This document shows, one piece after another, positions 7,922 through 16,760 of a DNA stretch of 64,000 nucleotides. Position numbers and translations under genes: made by a program. A model generated the notes under the pieces. That model searched no databases, had not been told where the DNA came from, and saw only the letters and a program-made list of their open reading frames with translations. Every line of letters starts with the position of its first letter. The stretch's first letter is position 1. Source of the DNA: Magnetococcales bacterium (GTDB lineage: Bacteria; Pseudomonadota; Magnetococcia; Magnetococcales; UBA8363); the NCBI GenBank assembly GCA_015232645.1, contig JADFZF010000001.1:12374-76373 (forward strand), given 5' to 3'.

Positions 7922-10690
7922 TCAGGTTTTCACCGGCTTCAAGGCGTTTGCGGCCATTTTCAAAGCAATGCGCCGCCGATGGATCCAGGCCGCCAGCTGG
8001 GGCTCATGATCACGAAGATCGTGAGAGAGTTTCATGGCCAAATCATGCCAATCTCTCATGCAGTCAAAAACCCCAGAGGAACGTTTTCCCAACAAATCCC
8101 ACAAAATTCCCATGAGCGCTCTCACCGTATCTTCCCCACCTTGAGGTACATGTTGATGGTTGTTTTTGATCGGCAATAACCAATGAGCCCACTCCCCCAT
8201 CAAAAGTCCGATAAATTGTTCATGACTGGCAACTCTGGGAGTCCGCTCCGCCAAGGACTCCAGGGATTCTCCAACCATGGAATTGACGTCCGGATACGAC
8301 TGGACTGATCTCTGGCTGTCCGGAACCTCAAACCAATGCTTGAGTATGAACTGATTCCAATTGGGGCCCGAATCCAGTTCACGAAATACTGCCATGGCCG
8401 GATGGACAAGGGCGGAAAGAACAAACCTTGCGTTTTCAGAAATTTGCCATTTACCATCGGCGACAAAGGCCACAGGAGAAAGAAAGCGCAGAGACTCTCC
8501 CTTGAAATTTACTGCTCCCTGGAGACCAGTGAAACAGAGTTGCGGAAAGAGAGGCAAGGCAAACCTGGGTAAGGAATCCAGACGATCAGAAAGTGGCTGA
8601 TTGGCTGGAGGAATCCAAGCTAGAATTTTTTCAATGGTCCCAGACCCGGATGGCAAGGAGCGTTGACAGAAGGTCACAAGGGCTTGAAAAAGTTTTTTAG
8701 AGTCCACCTGCGAATTATCGGAACTTACAATCAAACGTTTATACCAATGCAAAGCCCCTTCCGGCAAATCGTCCCCCAGGTGGGTAATGAAATAAAGCGT
8801 CTCTCCCCATAGACCCATTTGGATCAACTCATTCATGAATCGTTTGATCATATCGTGAGTACGGTCGACTTTTAGAAGGGAGCGGATGAGCTGAGTCAAC
8901 CGCAGCATGAATTTTTCCTTTGCCCCTCTGGCGGCTTCCCTAGACAGAGCATTGAAGATGACTGCCAGGGGAGTCCCATTGGTCTCTTGGGAATCAGCCC
9001 ATTTCAGATCCAAGGCCATACTGGTCCCCAGCATCCAGGAGATCAGCCATTTTTGGTTAAAATTGGATACCTCCATCACCATTTCCCTGGCGATGGCAAT
9101 GGTGGCGGCGGTGATGGCATCGCTGTCGTAAAACAACAACCCCCTGACCTGGATCTCCTTGAAACACGAGTACCGTATTTCCACATCGGCCTTTTCCAAA
9201 GCCTTTTGGGCTGCCTGTCGATATATCGTCCGGTCAAAATCGAAAAAACGTCTTCCGTCCTCATCCTTGAGCAAATTCAGGTGAAGCTTCCTGTAAACCT
9301 CGCTGGAATCCCTTTCCCACAATTGCCATAAGGTAATCGTCTCGGGGACATGCTCGTACTTGATATTTCCCTTTTTAGTCGTCTTTTTTAAGACTTTAAA
9401 TATCCGGTTGACAGATATATGCTCAAGGAAAAAACGCAACACTGAGACAAAATCGGGTTGTGAAAGCTTGGAAAAATAGATGGCGACATAGATCACATAA
9501 CGATTAAGTAAGGCCGATGCCCGTTGGTTCAGGTCATCGCTAAGCTTCAATAGATCCAGATACTCTTCGACCGGTACGTCTAACGGAGCCGTTCCCAGAT
9601 CGTTCAGTAGGTCATTGAAGGTATCATCCATGATACGGTCCCGTACCAAGCCAAAACAGGACTCGGGATCGTAATCTTGAGAAAGCGGATGCCTGTTCCA
9701 TTTCCTCCAAAGATCGGAATAATCGTTTGGGAAATGGCTACGGATCAAAGCCTCCACTGGATCAATTTTTAATATTTTAATGTTACCTTGCAAAGGAAAA
9801 CGGTTTACGGTCTCAGGATGAATCAACAAAACGAGCTGAATGTTTCGTTTGACCAACATCTGACGTAGCGGTTCCAAAGATGTTTTGCTCTCTTTGGCAA
9901 AATGGGACAAAAAAAACTTCACTGTAAGGTATTCCGCAGAGATCAGCTCGACAACTAACAGTTTCTTTTCTTCCAAAATATCTAAAAACGATTCGTTTAA
10001 CAGTATTCGGTCCCGTCCCTCAACCAAGTCCCTGAACCTCAAAACCCAACCAGTTTGGGCTGATCCGTCCGCCCTAGCCTGCTTTCCCAGGTGAATCGCC
10101 ACCTGCATAGCGATCTCTGCCACAGAGCACTGAATCACCAATAGACGACGATCAGTGAGTTCTCTACCATAGCTATCCAACTGATCGATATCCAACGGCA
10201 CCCCACCTGCCCTGGGGGTCAAATCGAGGTTCCTAAAATTTTTCGATCCAAGGTGAAGGCCGTCCGCATCATCGGGCTCTCCTTGGGAAAAACCATCCAA
10301 GGTAAAAATATTAATATTTTTAGACGCTTGGAATATTTGTGGTCGATCCCCTGTTGCAGTTCCTTTCTGGATAATATTGTTATTACCAAGAAGCGGACTT
10401 TTAGTCTTGGTGCCAAGTCCCTCGTGGGTTTGGGGAAACGATCCCCCATCCTCCTCCGAGGGAACAGATGACGATTTATCTTTTTTAGTCCCTGGGGTCT
10501 CCGCCGGGGAGGCCCCAGTGGTTAAAGGGTCTGGGAGTGACCCCATATTTTCTGACCCGTGGCGTTGACTATCGGCTGGATCGAACGGGAGGGGGTCATT
10601 GGCCCCATGACTAGCGTTCGGCCAACTCGATTTGTCCGCGTTGGAACCTTGAGCACCTTTCCCATCAAGAGACGTTTCGGGCTTGTTCAT
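7922..10690 (-). CDS. Hypothetical 922-aa protein: disordered N-tail, shared short motif, STAND-NTPase-like core lacking Walker A/B residues, and a long alpha-helical C-terminal region
   Basis: Long ORF whose ATG is preceded by GGAAAGGG, 13 nt after the TIR gene stop. Residues 181-320 show a beta-helix-beta pattern like a P-loop NTPase (RRLLVIQCSVAEIAMQVAIHLG ... KKLLVVELI ... NIQLVLLIHPE ... IKILKIDPVEALIRSHF), but no GxxxxGK[ST] motif occurs anywhere. Confidence 0.75.
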   Translation of the reverse strand: MNKPETSLDGKGAQGSNADKSSWPNASHGANDPLPFDPADSQRHGSENMGSLPDPLTTGASPAETPGTKKDKSSSVPSEEDGGSFPQTHEGLGTKTKSPLLGNNNIIQKGTATGDRPQIFQASKNINIFTLDGFSQGEPDDADGLHLGSKNFRNLDLTPRAGGVPLDIDQLDSYGRELTDRRLLVIQCSVAEIAMQVAIHLGKQARADGSAQTGWVLRFRDLVEGRDRILLNESFLDILEEKKLLVVELISAEYLTVKFFLSHFAKESKTSLEPLRQMLVKRNIQLVLLIHPETVNRFPLQGNIKILKIDPVEALIRSHFPNDYSDLWRKWNRHPLSQDYDPESCFGLVRDRIMDDTFNDLLNDLGTAPLDVPVEEYLDLLKLSDDLNQRASALLNRYVIYVAIYFSKLSQPDFVSVLRFFLEHISVNRIFKVLKKTTKKGNIKYEHVPETITLWQLWERDSSEVYRKLHLNLLKDEDGRRFFDFDRTIYRQAAQKALEKADVEIRYSCFKEIQVRGLLFYDSDAITAATIAIAREMVMEVSNFNQKWLISWMLGTSMALDLKWADSQETNGTPLAVIFNALSREAARGAKEKFMLRLTQLIRSLLKVDRTHDMIKRFMNELIQMGLWGETLYFITHLGDDLPEGALHWYKRLIVSSDNSQVDSKKLFQALVTFCQRSLPSGSGTIEKILAWIPPANQPLSDRLDSLPRFALPLFPQLCFTGLQGAVNFKGESLRFLSPVAFVADGKWQISENARFVLSALVHPAMAVFRELDSGPNWNQFILKHWFEVPDSQRSVQSYPDVNSMVGESLESLAERTPRVASHEQFIGLLMGEWAHWLLPIKNNHQHVPQGGEDTVRALMGILWDLLGKRSSGVFDCMRDWHDLAMKLSHDLRDHEPQLAAWIHRRRIALKMAANALKPVKT

Positions 10691-10703
10691 GAAACCCTTT
10701 CCA

Positions 10704-11402
10704 TCAGAATAAACGGGATGAACTCATTCTGAGTGCCAAATCTCTCCAATTGATGCCCTCAGGCATGGGAACCTTGAGACGTCTGCAAAGCCCGGCCCCT
10801 AATTCCTTTAGCCCACCCCGATCATCAAGATTAACGCTGGCTCGCAACTGGTATGGAAGAGGTAACCCGCTCGGTGTCAAGCCCCCGTGACATAAAAAAA
10901 TAATAGGAATGCCCCGAGACCAAGCATATCCAACTTCAAAATTGATCCAATGCCGCTGAAACGTGTCGTGATCGGCTAACACTAAGAAAATCAGTACACT
11001 TGAAAGGGCATTTTCCAATTTTACCAGCCAGTTATCTCCAAAATCGACGCTTTCAGGAGATGAAAAAATAAATACATTATAACCCGGAACTATAATTTCG
11101 ATAATTTCCTTCATAGAAATTGCCAACGATGAATCCTGTTGGGAATAGCTAATAAACAGAGTAAAATCTGCTCTCTCGGAAGACTGAATGGCTCCCGCGG
11201 CTTGATGAACCTGGGAGGTCTTCCCAGAAGGCAACGGTCCGAGTTGACATTCAAGCAAATCAATATCCTGCGGCAGGTGGTTTTCCATGGAATGGCCAAT
11301 ATCGGATGCGACCTGGTTGACACGAACAGCTCCGCCCGCCTGGATTACTACACTGCCAGGAGCCGTTGCCTGGCCCCTTTGAATAATGTTTTTTTTTGCC
11401 AT
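10704..11402 (-). CDS. TIR-domain protein with a short N-terminal pairing motif (first gene of the operon)
   Basis: TIR-type signature FTLFISYSQQD ... NVFIFSS ... DNWLVKLENALSSVLIFLVLADHDTFQRHWINFEVGYAW. The preferred start is the ATG at 11402 (MAKKNIIQRG), which is preceded by GGGGGAAG. The ORF track extends to 11426. Confidence 0.8.
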   Translation of the reverse strand: MAKKNIIQRGQATAPGSVVIQAGGAVRVNQVASDIGHSMENHLPQDIDLLECQLGPLPSGKTSQVHQAAGAIQSSERADFTLFISYSQQDSSLAISMKEIIEIIVPGYNVFIFSSPESVDFGDNWLVKLENALSSVLIFLVLADHDTFQRHWINFEVGYAWSRGIPIIFLCHGGLTPSGLPLPYQLRASVNLDDRGGLKELGAGLCRRLKVPMPEGINWRDLALRMSSSRLF

Positions 11403-11812
11403 GGCACTTCCCCCGCAATACGTCACGCGATGATCACTTTTGCTGCCGAGATGACCCTCATACGGTTTAGCCTATGGTATATTTTATTCTAGTTATATTC
11501 AAGATATTTTTTTGATACACGCATGTTTATTTTTCACCAATTGGATATAATATGTTATTTACCTTGGAAATGTAAAAATCTAATTCTTATGTAATACATT
11601 AAATGTTATATTATTCAATAATCAGTCCGTATTGTGGCGCGAAAAGCTAACGCAACGTACAATGTTCTTGCTTCAGTCATTATGTCGGCCACCAAGTATC
11701 CAGCCGTCCAAACAAGATGGTTAGCCCAAAGGAGGCTGAAACGAAAATTGCTTCCCTCTTGGCTGATGAAGGGGCCTTATTCCAATTCCTATTGACTCGG
11801 CAGCGATGGCTG

Positions 11813-11837
11813 CGTTATATACTTCAAGGTGATAACG
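11813..11837. promoter_or_regulatory. ModE-box-like inverted repeat CGTTATATA-N7-GTGATAACG overlapping the modE start
   Basis: The left half matches the CGnTATATA half-site as I recall it for ModE operators. The right half keeps ATAACG, so there is a perfect 6-bp inverted repeat CGTTAT/ATAACG. No comparable site is seen in front of modA. Confidence 0.4.
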
Positions 11838-12629
11838 GTGACAAACCTGTTATGGTCATTTTTTTTTCGCACCGGCGGACGCAAGATCGACCGACTGCAA
11901 CTATTGGAACAAATCGATCGCCTTGGCTCCATCAATGCCGCAGCAAAAGCTTTGGGCATTTCCTATAAGGCCGCCTGGGAAACGGTGGCGGACCTTAACA
12001 ACCTGTCGGAGCAGCCCCTGGTCACTCGCAACAGTGGCGGCGTCGGTGGTGGGGGAACCAGCCTGACCGAGCCTGGCCGTCGTGTCCTGACCTTTTTTCG
12101 CGACCTCGAAGGAGAACTTCATACGTTTCTCAACGACGTGAATTCCGGCTCGGACCCATTCAACCGATTCTACCGAGGTCATCAACTCATGAGGAGGTGG
12201 ATGATGAAAACCAGCGCCCGCAATCAATTCATGGGCATTGTTCAGAAGGTAACCAAAGGAGCGGTCAATGCCGAAGTCACCCTCGACATTGGAGAAAACA
12301 ATACCCTGGTCGCGATCATCACCAATACCAGCATTGATCATCTGGGGTTGACGCCAGGGGTCGAAGCGTATGCCTTGGTGAAGGCGCCCTGGATCATCGT
12401 CACCACCGACGAAGCCTTGAAAAGCAGTGCCCGCAACCGTCTCTGTGGTGTGGTCACCTATTGCGTCGCGGGAGCAGTCAACGGGGAAGTCGTCATCGAG
12501 TTGCCCGGGGGGAAATCGGTAACGGCCATCATCACCAATGAAAGCATTCAAAGTCTGGGACTGAAAGCGGGGGTACGCGCCTGCGCCCTGATCAAGGCGT
12601 CCCATATCATCCTGGCCGTCAACTCCTGA
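11829..12629 (+). CDS. modE: Molybdate-dependent transcriptional regulator ModE (HTH + two Mop/TOBE domains)
   Basis: RLGSINAAAKALGISYKAAWETVADLNNLSEQPLVTRNSGGVGGGGTSLT is the ModE N-terminal HTH signature, and two Mop-like repeats follow. The start is the GTG at 11829, or the GTG at 11838 behind an AAGGTG SD-like site. Confidence 0.9.
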   Translation: MITVTNLLWSFFFRTGGRKIDRLQLLEQIDRLGSINAAAKALGISYKAAWETVADLNNLSEQPLVTRNSGGVGGGGTSLTEPGRRVLTFFRDLEGELHTFLNDVNSGSDPFNRFYRGHQLMRRWMMKTSARNQFMGIVQKVTKGAVNAEVTLDIGENNTLVAIITNTSIDHLGLTPGVEAYALVKAPWIIVTTDEALKSSARNRLCGVVTYCVAGAVNGEVVIELPGGKSVTAIITNESIQSLGLKAGVRACALIKASHIILAVNS

Positions 12630-12726
12630 CACGCGCGTCAAGACGCCTCATGAAAGGCCAACCGTGGCCAGCCCGATGGCCTGGAGGATCGGAACCGCTC
12701 ATGGGAAGGCATTGAGAATGGAGTGA

Positions 12727-13584
<858 letters not shown>

Positions 13585-13590
13585 TCCGCC

Positions 13591-14265
13591 ATGCCTGACG
13601 CTTCCGACGCCGCGGCCATCTGGCTCACCCTCAAACTGGCGACCCTGACCACACTAGCTCTGCTGGTACTCGGCACCCCTTTGGCATGGTGGTTGGCACA
13701 TTCCCGTACCTGGTGGAAAGGGCCGATCCGCGCCATAGTGACTCTTCCTCTGGTATTGCCTCCCTCGGTTCTGGGCTTCTATCTACTGCTGACCATGGGA
13801 CCCGACGGCCTTCTGGGACGCCTGACCCAATCCATGGGCCTGGGACTGCTCCCCTTCACATTCTGGGGCCTGTTGGTGGCCTCCATGATCTATTCCCTCC
13901 CTTTCGTCGTCCAGCCCATTGAGCTTGCTTTTGAAGCCATTGGAAACCGCCCCCTGGAAGTCGCCGCGACTTTGGGCGCTTCCCCTCTCGACGCCTTTTT
14001 TTCCATTGCTCTTCCCCTGGCCCGACCCGGATTTTATTCGGCGGCGACTCTTGGCTTTGCCCACACGGTAGGAGAATTCGGCGTGGTGTTGATGATTGGT
14101 GGCAATATCCCCGAAAAAACCCGTGTCGTCTCAGTCCAGATCTATTCCCACGTCGAGGCTCTGGAATACGCTCAAGCCCATTGGCTGGCGGGTGGCATGA
14201 TCGCCTTTGCCTTCTTGGTAATGCTGCTGCTTCATACTTTCAGTCCCAACCAGCAACGACTATGA
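13591..14265 (+). CDS. modB: Molybdate ABC transporter permease
   Basis: 224-aa polytopic ORF with an EAA-type loop ([18 protein letters not shown]), located immediately after modA. Confidence 0.9.
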   Translation: MPDASDAAAIWLTLKLATLTTLALLVLGTPLAWWLAHSRTWWKGPIRAIVTLPLVLPPSVLGFYLLLTMGPDGLLGRLTQSMGLGLLPFTFWGLLVASMIYSLPFVVQPIELAFEAIGNRPLEVAATLGASPLDAFFSIALPLARPGFYSAATLGFAHTVGEFGVVLMIGGNIPEKTRVVSVQIYSHVEALEYAQAHWLAGGMIAFAFLVMLLLHTFSPNQQRL

Positions 14266-15329
14266 CCATCGAAGCACGATTCAAACTTTCCCGTTCCGGA
14301 TTCACTCTGGACGTCGATTTCCAATTACCTGGGCATGGGGTCACGGTCCTGTTCGGACGCTCCGGATCAGGCAAAACCACCCTGTTACGCGCCATCGCTG
14401 GCTTGGTACGGGTTCCCGATGGCCGATTGCACGTTAACGGACAGGTATGGCAGGATGGCCCTGTTTTCCTCCCGACCTACAAACGTCCATTAGGTTATGT
14501 TTTCCAAGAATCCAGCTTATTTCCTCACCTGACGGTACAGGGTAACATCGAATTCGGTTGGCGACGCTCTGGCAAAGCCCCCTTTTCTGCTCAGGAACCC
14601 ATCATCCAATTGCTTGGCATCGAAGGATTGTTGAAACGAAAACCGGAATATCTGTCGGGAGGGGAACGACAGCGCGTCGCTATCGCCCGCGCCCTGATGA
14701 CCCGACCACGGCTGCTGCTGATGGACGAACCTCTGGCGGCCCTCGACCAGGAGCGAAAAAACGAAATCCTGCCTTACCTCGAACGACTCCACGAAGAGTT
14801 GAAAATACCCGTATTGTATGTCAGTCACTCAGCCGAAGAGGTTGCCCGACTCGCCGACTCCATAGTCGTCCTCGAACAAGGCCAGGTGCTGAGTTCAGGA
14901 TTGTTGTCGGACGTTTTGTCCCGACTGGATCTACCCATACGCATGGGCGAAGACGCGGGCGTTGTGCTGGAGGCATGCGTTACGGCACATGATTCCCAAT
15001 GGCATCTGGTCAAGGTCGAATTCCCTGGCGGCAGCCTTTGGGTACGCGATACCGGAGTTCCCATGGGGCGCAACGTGCGGGTACGCATATTGGCGCGAGA
15101 TGTCAGCATTGCTTTGGATCAAATTCACCGCAGCAGCATTCTCAATACATTGCCAGCTCGGGTGACGGCCATGGGCGATGAATCACACCCTGCCCTGTGC
15201 CTGGTACGCCTTGATGCCGGAGGCGTCCCCCTGCTGGCACGACTCACCAAACGTTCTGTCGCCACTTTAGCTCTCTCACCCGGAATGCCGGTTTGGGCGC
15301 AAATCAAAGCGGTGGCGTTGATCCTGTGA
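14262..15329 (+). CDS. modC: Molybdate ABC transporter ATPase with C-terminal TOBE/Mop domain
   Basis: Walker [10 protein letters not shown], signature [15 protein letters not shown] and Walker [13 protein letters not shown]. The start is the ATG at 14262 (MTIEARF), forming an ATGA overlap with the modB stop. The track ORF begins earlier, at 14181. Confidence 0.9.
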   Translation: MTIEARFKLSRSGFTLDVDFQLPGHGVTVLFGRSGSGKTTLLRAIAGLVRVPDGRLHVNGQVWQDGPVFLPTYKRPLGYVFQESSLFPHLTVQGNIEFGWRRSGKAPFSAQEPIIQLLGIEGLLKRKPEYLSGGERQRVAIARALMTRPRLLLMDEPLAALDQERKNEILPYLERLHEELKIPVLYVSHSAEEVARLADSIVVLEQGQVLSSGLLSDVLSRLDLPIRMGEDAGVVLEACVTAHDSQWHLVKVEFPGGSLWVRDTGVPMGRNVRVRILARDVSIALDQIHRSSILNTLPARVTAMGDESHPALCLVRLDAGGVPLLARLTKRSVATLALSPGMPVWAQIKAVALIL

Positions 15330-15418
15330 TACCGGAATGGCCATTCCCATGGCTCTTGGCCGGTCAGGGGCCGGACCCGTCCCACGAACAGGTCCACCTT
15401 GACCCTTCCAAATCATGC

Positions 15419-16699
15419 CTATAAGGCTTTGTATGTTTGCAATAGACGTTGTTGAGTTTCTCTAAGGTCTTCCGCCGACAAACCGCTGGTTCTGACGACA
15501 ATTTCTGAAGAACCCCGAGCACCTTTATAAAATCCATATTTTAAGTCGGGGTTGGTAGTAAACATCAGATCGACATCCATGGCACCTGCATCCATTCTGC
15601 GGCGAATCTCCGTGCCGGAGTAGGGAAAAAAAATCGTCATATCAAAATCATTGTGAATGACCTTGCCGTGGTGACCGATCAATTTCTGCGCCATGAGAAA
15701 TTGTAGAAATTGTTCCGTTTCGGCGATGGTCTCACGGGTTTCCCCCGGAAGGCCGAGAATAAAGAAGGCTTTGACGCGAATTCCACGGGCATTGCAGGTC
15801 AGGACGTATTGCCGATTTTGGGCCACGGTTGTTTTTTTCATCACCGTGTCCAAAATCCGTTGGGACCCGGTCTCCATGCCGACTCCGGTTTCGATGCAAC
15901 CCGATTGTTGCAGCATATCGGCGATTTCATTGGTCATGGTTCGAGCGTGACCAAAGCATCGATACAATATGTCATGTTTGACGATTTCCTGGGTGAGATC
16001 GTACACCCGCTTTTTGGACAGCGTCATGACATCATCAAAGAACATGACCCCCTGATATCCGGCATTCTTTATATCTTCAATCTGTCGTCCGACATACTCG
16101 GGAGTATACATCCGCACCTTGGTTCTGGCATCCTCGCAAAAGGTGCAGGACATGGGGCAACCCTTGGAGGTAAGCAGAGTGGAGGCTCGCACTCCTTGAA
16201 AATAAAATTCATAATGATTCAAGAAACTTTTTTCCCGATACGGAATAGGAAACGTATTCATTTGTTTCTCGGTGACAGGGCGCTCCAGCACCCTCTGGGT
16301 GCCGGCACGACCGGTCAGGATTTCCTCCAGTGCCAGTTCGCCATCTCCGACGACGATATGATCAAAGGGTTGGCTCCGACATTCCTCAAGATAATGACTC
16401 GCATGCGGGCCACCGATGACAACGCAAATTTCCGGTAAAAACTGCCTGCTCAGATGGAGTATATGATAGGCCTGATCCTTTTGCGGAGTCATGCACGAAA
16501 TACATAGATGACTATAATCGATATATTTTTCTACATGTTCAAAATCAAAATCGATTTCAATGCTCGATTCGATTCCTGATCCTTTCAGATAGGCGTGCAG
16601 GGCCATGATGCCCATGGGGGGCATGACTCGGTCAGAATCCAAAAAAGGATCCCGGAGTGATACCAGTAGTGCTTTGGGGGCAAGGGGTGGCGATATCAT
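15419..16699 (-). CDS. B12-binding-domain radical SAM enzyme (class B, methyltransferase-like)
   Basis: 426 aa with an N-terminal Rossmann-like region followed by a CxxxCxxC cluster (GCPMSCTFCED). Confidence 0.75.
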   Translation of the reverse strand: MISPPLAPKALLVSLRDPFLDSDRVMPPMGIMALHAYLKGSGIESSIEIDFDFEHVEKYIDYSHLCISCMTPQKDQAYHILHLSRQFLPEICVVIGGPHASHYLEECRSQPFDHIVVGDGELALEEILTGRAGTQRVLERPVTEKQMNTFPIPYREKSFLNHYEFYFQGVRASTLLTSKGCPMSCTFCEDARTKVRMYTPEYVGRQIEDIKNAGYQGVMFFDDVMTLSKKRVYDLTQEIVKHDILYRCFGHARTMTNEIADMLQQSGCIETGVGMETGSQRILDTVMKKTTVAQNRQYVLTCNARGIRVKAFFILGLPGETRETIAETEQFLQFLMAQKLIGHHGKVIHNDFDMTIFFPYSGTEIRRRMDAGAMDVDLMFTTNPDLKYGFYKGARGSSEIVVRTSGLSAEDLRETQQRLLQTYKAL

Positions 16700-16760
16700 G
16701 GCAGATCAGGTTCTTGGAAGTCTGGAAGTTTCTTTGGCCACGCCATTCACTACTGCAGCA

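Noticed and set aside
11389-11398. A run of about 9 A (coding strand) at codons 3-5 of the TIR gene, considered as a slipped-strand phase-variation switch
   Set aside because: Equally long homopolymer runs occur in housekeeping genes in this window (T9 in gshA at 4843-4851 and T9 in modE at 11859-11867). The tract is therefore not distinctive. Population sequencing would be needed to revive the idea.
4989-11828. Search for direct repeats, att sites, a tRNA or an integrase flanking the low-GC island
   Set aside because: Only trivial 8-mers such as TCATTATG are shared between the two AT-rich borders. There is no tRNA-like sequence and no recombinase ORF, so no mobile-element call was made.
11901-12641. 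246-aa minus-strand ORF opposite modE
   Set aside because: It is antisense to a gene with a clear ModE HTH and Mop domains, and it has no features of its own.
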